Below are positions 35,957-48,159 of a stretch of DNA of 64,000 bases, piece after piece. Position 1 is the stretch's first letter; the number at the start of each line of letters is the position of its first letter. The stretch is from Octopus vulgaris (taxonomy: Eukaryota): assembly GCA_951406725.2 (NCBI GenBank), contig OX597817.1:42966001-43030000 (forward strand). The letters are read 5' to 3'. The translations under genes were made by a program, and so were the position numbers. Under the pieces are notes generated by a model. The model had not been told where the DNA came from. It ran no database searches and was given only the letters and a program-made list of their open reading frames with translations.

Positions 35957-36222
35957 GATGGATTCCTGCACCGCCACTATTTGGTATGCTGGTAGACAAC
36001 ACCTGTATTAAATGGGGTCTCCTACCTTGTCGAGACACTGGTGCCTGCATGATGTATAACTTAGATGAATTTAGACTCAGATTTTTTATTCTTTTAACTA
36101 TCATACAAGTAGTATCATTTTTATTCCTTGTTGTTGCAACAATAGTTGGTCACAAATCCAAAAGATACATTTCTTTAACAGTGAGCACTGCAACTGAAAC
36201 AGCAGAAGATAACATTCTATAG
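35957..36222 (+). CDS. SLCO: SLCO/OATP terminal coding exon (TM12)
   Basis: tttcag acceptor. Translates GWIPAPPLFGMLVDNTCIKWG...GACMMYN... to a TAG stop at 36220-36222. Confidence 0.95.
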
Positions 36223-36552
36223 AAATTTCACATTTCCTTAAATGTCAGATATAATGGAAATAGTAACAAAAAAATATTTGGAAGTTGGAGAATTGTAGAA
36301 AAATTACCAAAATTAAAAAACAAAAAAGAACTGAGGTTGTTTGTTCAACTAAAAAAAAAAAAACATTCCTTAAGGCAGTGCCCCAGCATGGTCACAGCCT
36401 AATGACTGAAACAAACGATAAAAGAAATTCATCTCTGATCAAGAATTTTAATTTATTTTGCTTCGTTTCAAAATTTTTAAATATTTAAAAATAAAATTGG
36501 AAATACATTTTTTATGTAATATTAATAATACATTTGTTCCAAGAATTGCATC

Positions 36553-36624
36553 AAGCTTATCTGGGATATGAACTCAGGACCTTTTGCACCCCAAGTGAGA
36601 ATTATACCCTTAGACCAATGGAAA
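36553..36624 (-). pseudogene. Decayed tRNA-Pro pseudogene
   Basis: Minus strand TTGGTCTAAGGGTATAATTCTCACTTGGGGTGCAAAAGGTCCTGAGTTCATATCCCAGATAAGC aligns without gaps to eukaryotic tRNA-Pro (TTGGTCTAGGGGTATGATTCTCGCTTNGGGTGCGAGAGGTCCCGGGTTCAAATCCCGGACGAGC). The acceptor stem is broken. Confidence 0.85.
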
Positions 36625-36984
36625 GCTGCCACCATACTTTTTGTACCAGCCCTTCAGATAAGCACCAGTTTGGATTTCCCCCTAACTCGTTTGTAAAACC
36701 AATTGGTAAAATTAGCTGAAACAGATCTATAATACCCTAATATTGTATAAATATTAATATCAATTTCAAATTTTAGCACATGGCCAGCAATCCCGGGGTA
36801 GTAGGTAAGTCAATTATATCAAACCCCAGTCCTCAACTGGCACTTATTTTATCGACTCTGAAAGATGAAAGGCAAAGTTGACCTCAGCAGAATTTGAACT
36901 CACAACATAAAGATGGATGAAATACCACTAAGTATGTCTTGTATAAATATTAATATCAATAGCATAAATTATTAACCATCGGCC

Positions 36985-37368
36985 CAATAACCATCTTGAA
37001 CACCTTTTTGAGCTCCATGTGTCTAACACATGTGGGCATGACCACAAAGTTAGAAAACAGCACAGCTTCCATGACTTTCAGAAACATATTTTCATACTCA
37101 GTGTTGCTGAAGCATGGAACAAACTACCTGCATCAGTTGTTAGTTGCTGAGACATTGCATCCTTTAAAACCTCCATGTTTCCTGAAATTTGCCAACACTA
37201 CACCCAATATCACCCCCTCCATGCACATGCACACATGTATATAATGACGCTTACGCTGTTCACTTTCCTGACTTTTGTACATAGTTCTATGCACTATACA
37301 TGCACCTTTGATGAGCTGTAGTGCATCTGAGCACCATACACAATAATTTCATTATTATTATTATTATT
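36985..37368 (+). mobile_element. Older CR1 3' end
   Basis: Similar to 28165-28490. Confidence 0.8.
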
Positions 37369-37612
37369 GTGGAAGCGCGTGGCTTAGTGGTTAGGGTGTC
37401 AGCATCATAATTGTGGTTTCGATTCCTGGACCGGGCGACGCATTGTGTTCTTGAGCAAGACACTTCATTTCACGTTGCTCCAGTCCACTCAGCTGGCAAT
37501 AATGAGTAACACTGTGATGGACTGGTGTCCCATCCAGCTGGGGAACACATATGCCATTGAAACCAGGAAACCGGGCCCATGAGCCTGGCTAGGCTTTAAA
37601 AGGGTGCACTTA
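37369..37612 (+). mobile_element. tRNA-derived SINE (head D with a family-C-like tail)
   Basis: CTTGAGCAAGACACTTCATTTCACGTTGCTCCAG followed by GGACTGGTGTCCCATCCAG...GGAAACCGG. Confidence 0.75.
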
Positions 37613-38113
37613 TTATTTTTATTATTATTATTATTGTTATTATCAATAACATAAATTTCTTGCTTTAGACATGATGTACTTAATCAAGTAACTCAAGTTG
37701 CTGAATGTTTGGGAAATGAACTAAAAGCAGAGCAACCAGAAATATATAAAATACTTTTGGGTCATAATCATAAATCTGTGTTTATGTGCCAATGGACAAA
37801 AAAAATCAATATTTCTTTCTTTAGAAGAGAAAAACATATTGCCAAGAATGGATTTATGATATAATCATTAATTAGTTACTTCCCACAACAGATGTATCTA
37901 TATCTTTATCTCTTGTTCATTTATTTATTTATTTATTTTGTCTGAAAATGGTTGCAGTGTAAACATCCAGCATCTCCTCCTTGATACTTTCAGTTATTTG
38001 ATGATTTACTTCCTGTTATTGATGCAGAAGAAATCCTATTTCAGATACGTGTGCTCTACTTCTGACAAGGTACTTAACTCTGCATAACTTTGCTAAACTA
38101 GTTATCTGGAATA

Positions 38114-38758
38114 CAGTGTTCCCTCGTTTATCGCGGTAGATTGGTTCCAAGACCGACCGCGATAACTGAATTTCCACGAAGTAGGAACACCATATTTACA
38201 GTATTTATTTAACATGTATTTAGACTTTTAAAACCCTCCCTGTACTGTAAACAACCCACCCATTACAGTAGTCTATTAATAACAAGGACAACCGTTAAGC
38301 AATAACACTTTAGATTTTAAAAATTAAAGATTTTTACTGTTACACAGGCCAGATTACAAAATAGAAAGCTGTGATTTGTCCTCTCTCTCCATTGCCCAAA
38401 TCACAGCCCGTCTTAAGTTCAAATACCCCTGTATATGCTTTTTTGCTATTTTACGCTTGTTTTGTCGTTCCTAGACTAGGAAATAATATTTATTATTAAT
38501 ATTTTAACGGATTTAATGAAAAATTTTAGGCGTTCCCTCTCTCTCTTTGGGAGAGGCACAAGCACCTACACGTACATGTACACACACGGCAGTTACTTCC
38601 GCCTGCCGAATTCAATCACAAAGCTTCGGTCAGCTCGGGGCTATAGTGGAAGACACCTACCCGAAGTGCCACGCAGTGGTCATATATATATATATTTTAA
38701 AAAGCCACGAAGTCATGAATCCACAATAGTTGAACCACGAAGTAGAGAGGAATCACTG
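38114..38758. mobile_element. pogo/Tigger-type MITE
   Basis: TA-CAGTGTTCCCTCGTTTATCGCGG ... CCACGAAGTAGAGAGGAATCACTG-TA. Confidence 0.8.
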
Positions 38759-39082
38759 TAAGTACATTTTTAGAAACTATTCTTAGGCTTCACACCTTCT
38801 TTCATGAAATGAAATAAAAACTACTCCTCAGAACATTGTGTAGATGTTTCCTTCATCTACAGGATAATCAAGAGCCATCTGTGATGTGATGGCATATACT
38901 TTATGCCACTGTGGTAGCAGCAGCACTAAAAGACAGCAATGAGACACAGCCCAGTGACAGGCAAGTGAATGATGGGTGTTCTTCAATGATGATTTACTTA
39001 TCACATATAAATCTTTTTTAATGTATTATCGAATGGGAAAGTGTATGGTGGGTGCATCTTCCAGATCTTTGAACAACACCCT

Positions 39083-39311
39083 TATTTCTTTATTGCCCAC
39101 AAGGGGCTAAACATAGAGGGGACAAACAAGGACAGACAATGGAATTAAGTTGATTACATTGACCCCAGTGCGTAACTGGTACTTTATTTATTGACCCCAA
39201 AAGATGAAAGGCAAAGTTGACCTTGGCGGAATTTGAACTCAGAACGTAACGGCAGACGAAATACCGCTAAGCATTTCGCCCGGTGTGCTACCGTTTCTGC
39301 CAGCTCGCCGC
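39083..39311 (-). mobile_element. SINE family B
   Basis: Reverse-complement copy of the family. Confidence 0.88.
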
Positions 39312-39901
39312 GGAGGAGGAATTCTGAAAAACAATCAGCACCGTTAATGTTACACCATTTTTACATGAATGTGACAATAACTAAATCATACAGAAAAATG
39401 AAATAAAACAACTGAAACTGATAAAACAGACTTTTTTTATTTCAAGTGTTAATTTCATGCAAAAATATAAATATTAGAAATATAAATATAAAATTTTTGT
39501 AGATCGTTGACAGTTTAATTAACAAAAAGTTATAATTAACTTAGAAAGAAATACAAAACATATTTGGCTGATTAGCTGGAATTCTCATAAGATACAAACA
39601 AATAAATTTGTTAAGGAAAAAAAAGTCACTAATGTGTTACCATTTACTGCAAATGGTTTATTTCTGTCCTGCAAGCATTGATATATTTTTTTATTTGAAG
39701 CAAAAAATTATAGTTTTTGTAGACTTGCATTTTTTTCCCCAAGAAATTTGCACAACACCAAGATTGGAAACATATTGTATTTACTCATGAATAAGCGTCA
39801 CTATTTTATAGTTGATTTTAAATGTAAAAACTGGGGTTCGACTTATTATATGTGGAAAAATTAAAACTATGAAGGGAAAAAAAATTTGTACCAAGGTTTA
39901 A

Positions 39902-40116
39902 CCATTTCTTTACTGTAGTTATTTTGAGATGCTCTGTGTTTCTTTCAATTACTTTAAATATAATAGAGAATTTAGTAAAATAACTTAGTTTTCATTAAGC
40001 TAGTGTTAGGGACATAAATTGTGACTAAGGCTTGGTGGAAGATTTTAATTCAGAATGTATGAAAACAAAACATTTGTACTACAGAGCCAGTTTCAGTCAG
40101 GTTGGTAATGAAAGGG
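39902..40116. mobile_element. piggyBac-type MITE
   Basis: TTAA-flanked inverted copy of 26374-26594. Confidence 0.8.
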
Positions 40117-41381
40117 TTAACACTAAATTAGGGGTATAACTTAAACAGGAGTAAATTTGGTATGCCAATCAAGATTTCAGTGTAAAGAATATGTAAAAAT
40201 AAAGAAGCTCAAATGATGAATTAATTGTTATAACTATTCTAATACATGTGATGGGCTGTAGAGTTCTCTGTGTTGTGTCAGGTTTCATCCCCAATCAAGA
40301 TATTTTACTTCAGCTAGTCCCCTATATTTATGATTCATGGCTGTAGTCAATCCCTCCATAACTGATGGCGGTTGACATGTTGTTGATTTTGACATATTAC
40401 AAAATCCATAGTAATGACTAGATGGTACATTAATTCTTGTTAATTTGCTTCAATACATAAATTGCAATTTCAAACATGAAAGTTTACTATTAACTTTTGT
40501 AAAATTGATAGTGAAGTGGAAAATGATAGAAAAATGACAACTGGATATTAAAACCTTCCTTAAATTTGAGGAGAGCTTCCAAACAGTCACTGGACTTGCT
40601 AGAATTGATAGCTACATTTTTAAATTACACTGTACTGTCTTAAATAAACAAAGGCACATTGGACTGTGTAGTCTATGATATATACAAATAGCTGGGATGG
40701 TCATGGATGGAATATTTTTTTATCATAGACCTACTCAATCAGAGCTGACTTTGGGGCTTAACAACATCAACAATGATCCACATCAGTAACAGAAAATAAA
40801 TTAAACCAGAGCTTGCGACAACAACAACAACAAAAAAAAGGTACTGTATTTAAGACAAAGTTTGACCCTTTTGTTATAATATTTCTAATGAAATACACTG
40901 CCACTGTTACAATTAATTTTGAAAATAATGAATGAAGAATTTAGCAGAATAACTTTGGTATTAAGCTGGTATTTAGAATATAAATTAACATGAAATACTG
41001 ATGGAACATTTTAATTTAGATCACTTTAAGACAATAAAGTTTCTAAGTAGTTCTGGGAGGTTAATATCAAGAGGCTTAAAGAATGACATAAACTGGGGGA
41101 TGTGAACATGTTTTTGAAGATGTCCATATTTTTTATGAAATAGAAACTATTTTCTTACTCTATTTGTATTCCAAGCTTCTGCAATAACAATTATTGTTTT
41201 ATTTAGGAAAATTACTATTTTTGTAAGAGTAAAGTAACTAATTGCTTTCACTAAATCTTGGTAGGTTACTAATACTTTTATTGTGCTCCTAAAGTATAAA
41301 ATAAAAATTTAAGAAACTGGAAATTAAATAACAGTGAATTAATTGAAGGTTATCACCTAAAGCAAGTGATAATTTGCTATT

Positions 41382-41769
41382 AATACTTGGCACTCCATCG
41401 CTTATGATGAGGAGGGTTCCGTGTGACCCGATCAACGGAACAGCCTACTCGTGAAATTAATGTGCAAGTGGCTGAGCACTCCACAGACATGTGTACCCTT
41501 AACGTAGTTCTCAGGGATATTCAGCGTGACACAGCATGTGACAAGGCTGGCCCTTTGAATTACAGGCACTTCAGAAAACAGGAAGTAAGAGTGAGAGAAA
41601 GCTGTGGCGAAAGAGTACAGCAGGGTTCGCCACCATCCCCTGCCGGAGCCTCGTGGAGCTTTAGGTGTTTTCGCTCAATAGACACTCACAACGCTCGGTT
41701 TGGGAATTGAAAACACGATCCTATGACCGTGAGTCCGCTGCCCTAACCACTGGGCCATTGCGCCTCCAC
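41382..41769 (-). mobile_element. tRNA-derived SINE (head C with a second tail type) with TSD
   Basis: TSD AATTTGCTATT at 41371-41381 and 41770-41780. Confidence 0.88.
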
Positions 41770-43459
41770 AATTTGCTATTGGAATTACTGAAAATATTAT
41801 ACACAAATGTAATGGAATAATAGTAGAATATTGTTGAGTGGTGATAAGGTTTTATCATATTCAGGCTGGGATACAGACTGATTTACTAATAGAGCCATTT
41901 CACCTCATCCACTCATCCTTGCCAGAGTCAACAGACTGAGATCAACCTGTTCTCAATACACCCATATTAATCCACTCTGATATATAAAATAATTGGAATT
42001 TCAAAATGGAAAGTTTACCATTATCTTCTGTAGAATTCTTAGTGAAGCAGAAAAATTACAGAAAATGATAATTGGATATCAATATTTTCCTTAAATTTGA
42101 AGGGAGCAACAAGACATTCTTTGGACCTGCTATAAATAATAGCCACATCTTCAAATGACACCTTACTATCTTAAATAAATAGTATAGTTTATGATATATG
42201 TATACAAATATGACCCAACAGTTCATTAAGAGTTACTAAATATTTTCATTCAATCACAAGAGGCTTCTAACAAAAATTTTAATTTCTCCAATACAATTTT
42301 AAATATGAATTTCATTAACAGCTTTTACTGAGGCATTAGGTTTCTTTTGCTATTACTCTTGTTTAAATTCACTATTATTGTTAATATTTAATTAAAACTA
42401 TAATTGTAATATTTCACACCCAATTAAAGTATATAATTTTGAATCTTCACACTGGTCAGTAGCTTTACCTTTGATCCTACTGAGGTTGATAACATAAGTA
42501 CCAGTAAAATATCAGGGTTGATAAAATTGATAGTAACACTCCACCCAAATTTGAGGCCTTGCAGCTATTTTAGAAATCAGTATTTTATATTCCAATAAAA
42601 GTAAACAAAATCTATTTCTATCTTTAGAAAATCCAAGATTTTGATATGTATTAAAGGATAATGATGATTAACAAGCTAATAATACACAGTAACTTCGTCA
42701 CTTATCACATTCAGAACAATAGTAACTTAGTAATTTCATTCACATCAAGGAAGTTTCACTCACTCCAATACCTGACTGGTATCATGTTTCATCAAATTTG
42801 GAAAAGTAAAAAGCATAGTTGATCTTGGTAGTATTTGAACTTAGAATGTAAAGGCCCATAATTAAATACTGCAGCCATTTTGTTCAAAGCATTACCAATC
42901 CTGCCAATCTAAAGAGTTGAAGTTATTTAATTTTGTCCGTATGAACTAATTAACAAATAAACTGACTGGTCTAGGTAACTCATGCTGACGTTGAGTTTAC
43001 TGAATAACTGAAATTTAAATAATATTATGGGAGGATTATTCAATTATTTGCAAAATATTAGACTGAAATAAGCAGTGAGATTGAAATAATCAACTAAAAG
43101 CACTGAAATTGGTGCTGTAGTATGGCCGCAGTTCAATAAGAGAAACCAGTAAAAGAATATTTTAAAACCTTTTTAAATAGTTTTAGTTAATTGCCTTTTG
43201 TCAATATCTTGATATGAATATAAAATATATATGAAAGGCGGTGAATTGGCTGAATCATTAGCATGCCAGGCAAAATGCTTAGCGACATTTCGTCTGAGTT
43301 CAAACCCTGCTGAGGTAAACTTTGCCTTTCATCCTTTCATGTCATTTTATTGCGAAATGCTATCACAGATGCTCTGTCATGTAACTTTTGCAAAGCTTCT
43401 TTGCAGAGTAACAAGAAAATGAAAAAGGAAAAAAAAACAGAAAGGTTTATAAAAACTGA

Positions 43460-43757
43460 AAACATTCGAGAGAGGTCGTTGCCAGTGCCACTGGACTGGT
43501 TCCTGTGCTGGTGGCACGTAAAAAACACCACTTGAGCGTGGCTGTTACCAGTACCGCCTGACTGGCCCTCATGCCAGTGGCATGTAAAAGCACCCACTAC
43601 ACTCTCGGAGTGGTTGGCGTTAGGAAGGGCATCCAGCTGTAGAAACTCTGCCAAATCAGATTGGAGCTTGGTGCAGCCATCAGGTTCGCCAGTCCTCAGT
43701 CAAATCGTGCAACCCTTGCTAGCATGGAAAGCGGACATTAAACGATGATGATGATGA
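43460..43757 (+). mobile_element. RTE LINE 3' end
   Basis: Ends CATGGAAAGCGGACATTAAAC(GAT)n. Confidence 0.85.
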
Positions 43758-44177
43758 CCTGCAACTGATTTTCAACAAAGGCAACAGAACTGTATCAGTG
43801 ACCAGGTTGCAGAAGGGAGATGTTACTTGCTTGACAAGGGATTTGACCAAGAGATACACTGAATAGTTTATCAGTGGCCAGGTCACAGATGTAGAATAAA
43901 ATACTATCATACTTGGTAATAGATAATCCTATTAAAAAGTAAAAGAAAAATATAAATAATACTATATTCTTTTCCTGGTTCCAATCATTAGACTGCAGCT
44001 ACACCAAGACAGCACTTTTAAAAGTATTTAGTCTAATATCAGCTCTAGTATTTAGTTTAAAACTCATTATATTGATCTCTTTATAGCTGAATTTGCATGA
44101 TTTATGGGCCTTAAGAGAATTGCTTCCCTTTAGTGGTTTTCACTATACAAGCTATTTACACCGGTATACACAAATAT

Positions 44178-44490
44178 GTGAAGTTGCATGGCTCAGTGGT
44201 TAGAGCATAGAGCTTACGATCATGAGGTTGTAAGTTCGATTCCCGGACCGGGCTGTGTGTTGTGTTCTTGAGCAAGGCACTTTATTTCACATTGCTCCAG
44301 TTAACTCAGCTGTAGAAATGAGTTGCGACATCACAGGTGCCCCTTGGATAACATCAGTGGTGTGGAGAGGGGAAGCCGGTATGCATGGGTGACTGCTGGT
44401 CTTTCACAAAAATTTTTGCCCTGATTTGTGCCTCGGAGGGCAACTTTCTAGGTGCAGTCCCATGGTCATTCATGACCGAAGGGGGTCTCC
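44178..44490 (+). mobile_element. tRNA-derived SINE (head D, another tail)
   Basis: TGGCTCAGTGG (A box) and AGTTCGATTCCC (B box). Confidence 0.75.
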
Positions 44491-44549
44491 TCCTCTTCAT
44501 ACACAAATATACAACAAGCAAATTTTACTCACAAAACATTGCTCTATCT

Positions 44550-44696
44550 CAGTGGTTCCCAACCTGGGGTCCTTGAACTAAATTCAAAATTTCATATACC
44601 TATATATACATAAGGATAAGCATATTAAAAAGGGGCTGTAGGAAAAGTCATTTAAATAAAAGGGTTGGGAATCACTGAAAAGGTTGGGAACTACTG
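44550..44696. mobile_element. Short hAT-type MITE
   Basis: CAGTGGTTCCCAACCT ... AGGTTGGGAACTACTG, right TIR duplicated. TSD not clear. Confidence 0.65.
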
Positions 44697-44842
44697 GTTC
44701 ATATCTAAAGTTTATTGCCTTCACAGTGTTTAGCGTTTTACAAAATTAAATTAGAAAAATGAACAAAACAGAGAACACAATTAAAAAAAACAAAACAATT
44801 CACCACCTTGGGTTGAAAAGTTGGGGCCGCTGGGAAAGCTCT

Positions 44843-45110
44843 CTAATGGCTACTGAGGCATAGCAATATGCTTGCAGCGTTGCCGCGGGTGATGGCGAGG
44901 CTGATGCACTTGAACAGCCAAGCGCCTTCACAAGCCTCACCAGTTACCTCTGCTAGGTGACTTGCCAGTGAAGACAGGAATCTCGCAGTTAGTGGTCCGA
45001 GCCGACCAAACATCCCGGACACCACATAATGGAAAATGTAGTTGGCCAAGAGATCATGGTATTTCAGGATTTTGTTTCACTCGGCCACAGAAGCTGTGGA
45101 TCTCGCCCTA
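44843..45110 (-). mobile_element. CRE-like non-LTR retrotransposon, C-terminal restriction-like endonuclease remnant
   Basis: Translates KYHDLLANYIF...FGRLGP..ARFLSSL...TGE...WLFKCISLAITRGNAASIL, matching the S(L/V)AIQRGNA terminal motif of this clade. Confidence 0.8.
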
Positions 45111-45949
45111 GGACACTGGTTTGAGGTGATACACAACAAGATCAAACTTTGAAGTACATGATGAGCTTTTTAAATGGCTATCACAATATAAAATATTCTA
45201 TCTTTTACTTTTAAAGAATGAAATGCTTTTTAAATCTAGGAAGTACCTCCATAATCAATGCATTCTAGAATAACCTGGTTTTTAAAATTGCAGGGGAAAA
45301 GCCCATTTAATATCAAAGAATAATCAAGGTCTGTGTTGATGAATATCTGTTAATTATTTACATATAACTGTGGTAAAGTTGGCAGGACCAATGAAGCAGA
45401 TTCTTACAGCTGACTGATTTGTCTAGGAAGTGTAACTATAAAATATCCTCCTGAATGTAAAGCTTAGTGCTTCAAGTCAATGTCTTACAACTGACATGAA
45501 ACACTAAACATTGGATTGTCAGATAAATGTTCTTGTTCTTTCCATTGATTTTAATCCCTTTTTTTTCAATGTTATTCGAATTAACACGAAAAAAAATTTT
45601 GTTTTGTGGGTTTTTTTTTTGAAACCCTTTTCTTCCTCTACAACTTTCATTTGCCATTTTTGAAATTTGAATAAATTTCACTGCTTTTCAGACATACGAC
45701 AATGAAGAGCCAAGTAGAATAAAAATAAGAATAAAGAACAAATTTATCTAACAGCCCAATATATTCACTTGGCTACAGAAGCTGTGGATCTCGCCCTAGG
45801 ACACTGGTTTAAGGTAATACACAAGATCCAACTTTGAAGTACATGGTCTTAATCACACAGTTTCTTCACCTGATGCCTATTTATGTTATAGAATAGCAGT
45901 ATAGGAAAGGAGTTTAGTGCTCCTACCAGTTAATAACAAGTCTTCATAA

Positions 45950-46346
45950 TCGTTTCTACTACAGACACAAGGCCCGAAATTTGTGGGAAGGGGATAGTCA
46001 TTACATCGACCCTAGTACGTAACTGGTACTTAATTTATCGACCCTGAAAGGATGAAAGGCAAAGTTGATCTTGGCGGAATTTGAATTCAGAATGTAGCGG
46101 CAGACGAAATACCTATTTCTTTACTACCCACAAGGGGCTAAACACAGAGGGGACAAACAAGGACAGACACATGGATTAAGCCAATTACATCGACCCCAGT
46201 GCGTAACTGGTACTTATTTAATTGACCCCGAAAGGATGAAAAGCAAAGTCGACCTCGGCGGAATTTGAACTCAGAATGTAACGGCAGACAAAATACCGCT
46301 AAGCATTTCACCCAATGTGCTAATGATTCTGCCAGCTCGCTGCCTT
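45950..46346 (-). mobile_element. SINE family B dimer
   Basis: Two tandem units. Confidence 0.85.
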
Positions 46347-48159
46347 GAGATGTCTTCATAATGATTGTAAGTACAATCCGAGATAGAGCAATGAAATAGT
46401 AAATACTCAAAAGAAGACTTTGGTTACAAAAAACAAAACAACTTGAAAAGCAATACATGCACACGTAAATTGATAACTTTTTCATTAAGCCAATACTAAC
46501 ATAGGTGAATCTTCCTAAAAGTCATCAGTTACTGTTTCAAGGATTTATAGCAATTTATGAACACAATTTATAAAGTAAAACAATTTCATTATTGGAATAT
46601 AAATATTATGGAAAGCAAATTCTACAAGATTGGAGAAACTAATAACAGGAACCTCATTTTTGGCAAAAACAATAGGTAAGTATAATCAATGGAAACAGGT
46701 GAGGGTTAGTAACAAGACGGGCATCTGGCCATAGAAAATCTGCTTCAGTGTATTTCGCATGACCCATGCAAGTATGGAAAAGTAGACATGATGATAGTGA
46801 TGATGCACAAGGAGTGTAAATTTGTAATGAATTGGTATGGCAAAACAAAAAGTGATCCCAGAACATTACTAGTACTATTTTATCAACCCTGGAAGGATAA
46901 AAGATAAAATAAGACCCCAGCTAGATTGAATTAAATAACACATGTTCAACGGTATTTCTTCCATCCAATAAATAACCCTGGAATGATAACCATTAAATTA
47001 AAACAATATATTTGGTTTAATAGAAATATTCTGTTTGCTGGATTACTAATTCTAAACCGTAAGTTTGAGACGACCATAAGTCATACTTTGGTCAGTTCCT
47101 TCAGAAAAATATCGATACTTTATCCTGCAATGATAAAAAATAGTTAAGTCAGCTGTGAGAGATGTTTGGGACAGGCATATAAGAACCATATTCGGACACA
47201 ATACCTCTCTGCTCCCTCTCACCATTTTTTTTTTTTCACAATTTTTGGTTGTTTTACAAAAGATCGCATAGTTTTTGCTTCACGATTTTCAGTTGAACTT
47301 GCACTTGTATTAAGTTCGTCTTTCACATGTTCAAGGATCACTAGCAGTAAAACTGTTGTGGCGTTATGGGCTGTGATGGAGCTATGTGGTGTTGGTGGAG
47401 GGGATTGCAGATGAAGTAGACGCCAATAGGGCACCTTTGTGTATACCTGAAAATTACAATACCTAAAGACTCACTGAATGCAAGAGGATGCATTCAGCTC
47501 ATTACAAATACATATACAATTATACGTACCAATTGTGTTTTCTGAATTTCGGTGTTTCGTTCTTAAATGGGCTTTCAAGTAATTACTATCTTTAATTGAC
47601 TTTTATGGGTATAACTTATCGAATGAGATTTAGGGTAGAAGGGATATTGATCTCCAAATAATTTGATTAATTCACTTTCATTTTAATGGCTATGGCATAA
47701 AGAAGTGAAAAGTTGTTGTTTTAATAGGACCGAAGAAGAAACAGGATTCATTTTCTCAAGGAGGTTTGTGATATTTTTAAAAAAAGGTAACAACCTTATG
47801 AAATAATTTAATGGACATAAGTTTCCCACCTAAAAGAAACAGCAAAAAAAGTAAAAGTTAATTTCAGTTGGTTACGTTAAACTCGTCGTTCACAACACAC
47901 GCACTCAAGATATTGATGTAAAAATTATTTAAAAAGTTGGTATCAGGCACCATGCATAAATAGGCAGCATTTCGGTTTACAAAGGTTTCAGATCAACAGA
48001 ATATAGATGTTTTGGACAAACTGTGAATAAATTATAGAATACATTATTATTTTTATTCATTTATGACGACGAAAACGTTGTTTGACATTTGGTATATCTT
48101 TGACATTTCGAAGACGGTGGGGTAATGAAGAACACATCCAACTTACTAATATTCCATTT

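Noticed and set aside
45472-45681. 69-aa Lys/Asn-rich minus-strand ORF
   Set aside because: Low complexity from A/T runs, with no recognisable domain or convincing splice sites.
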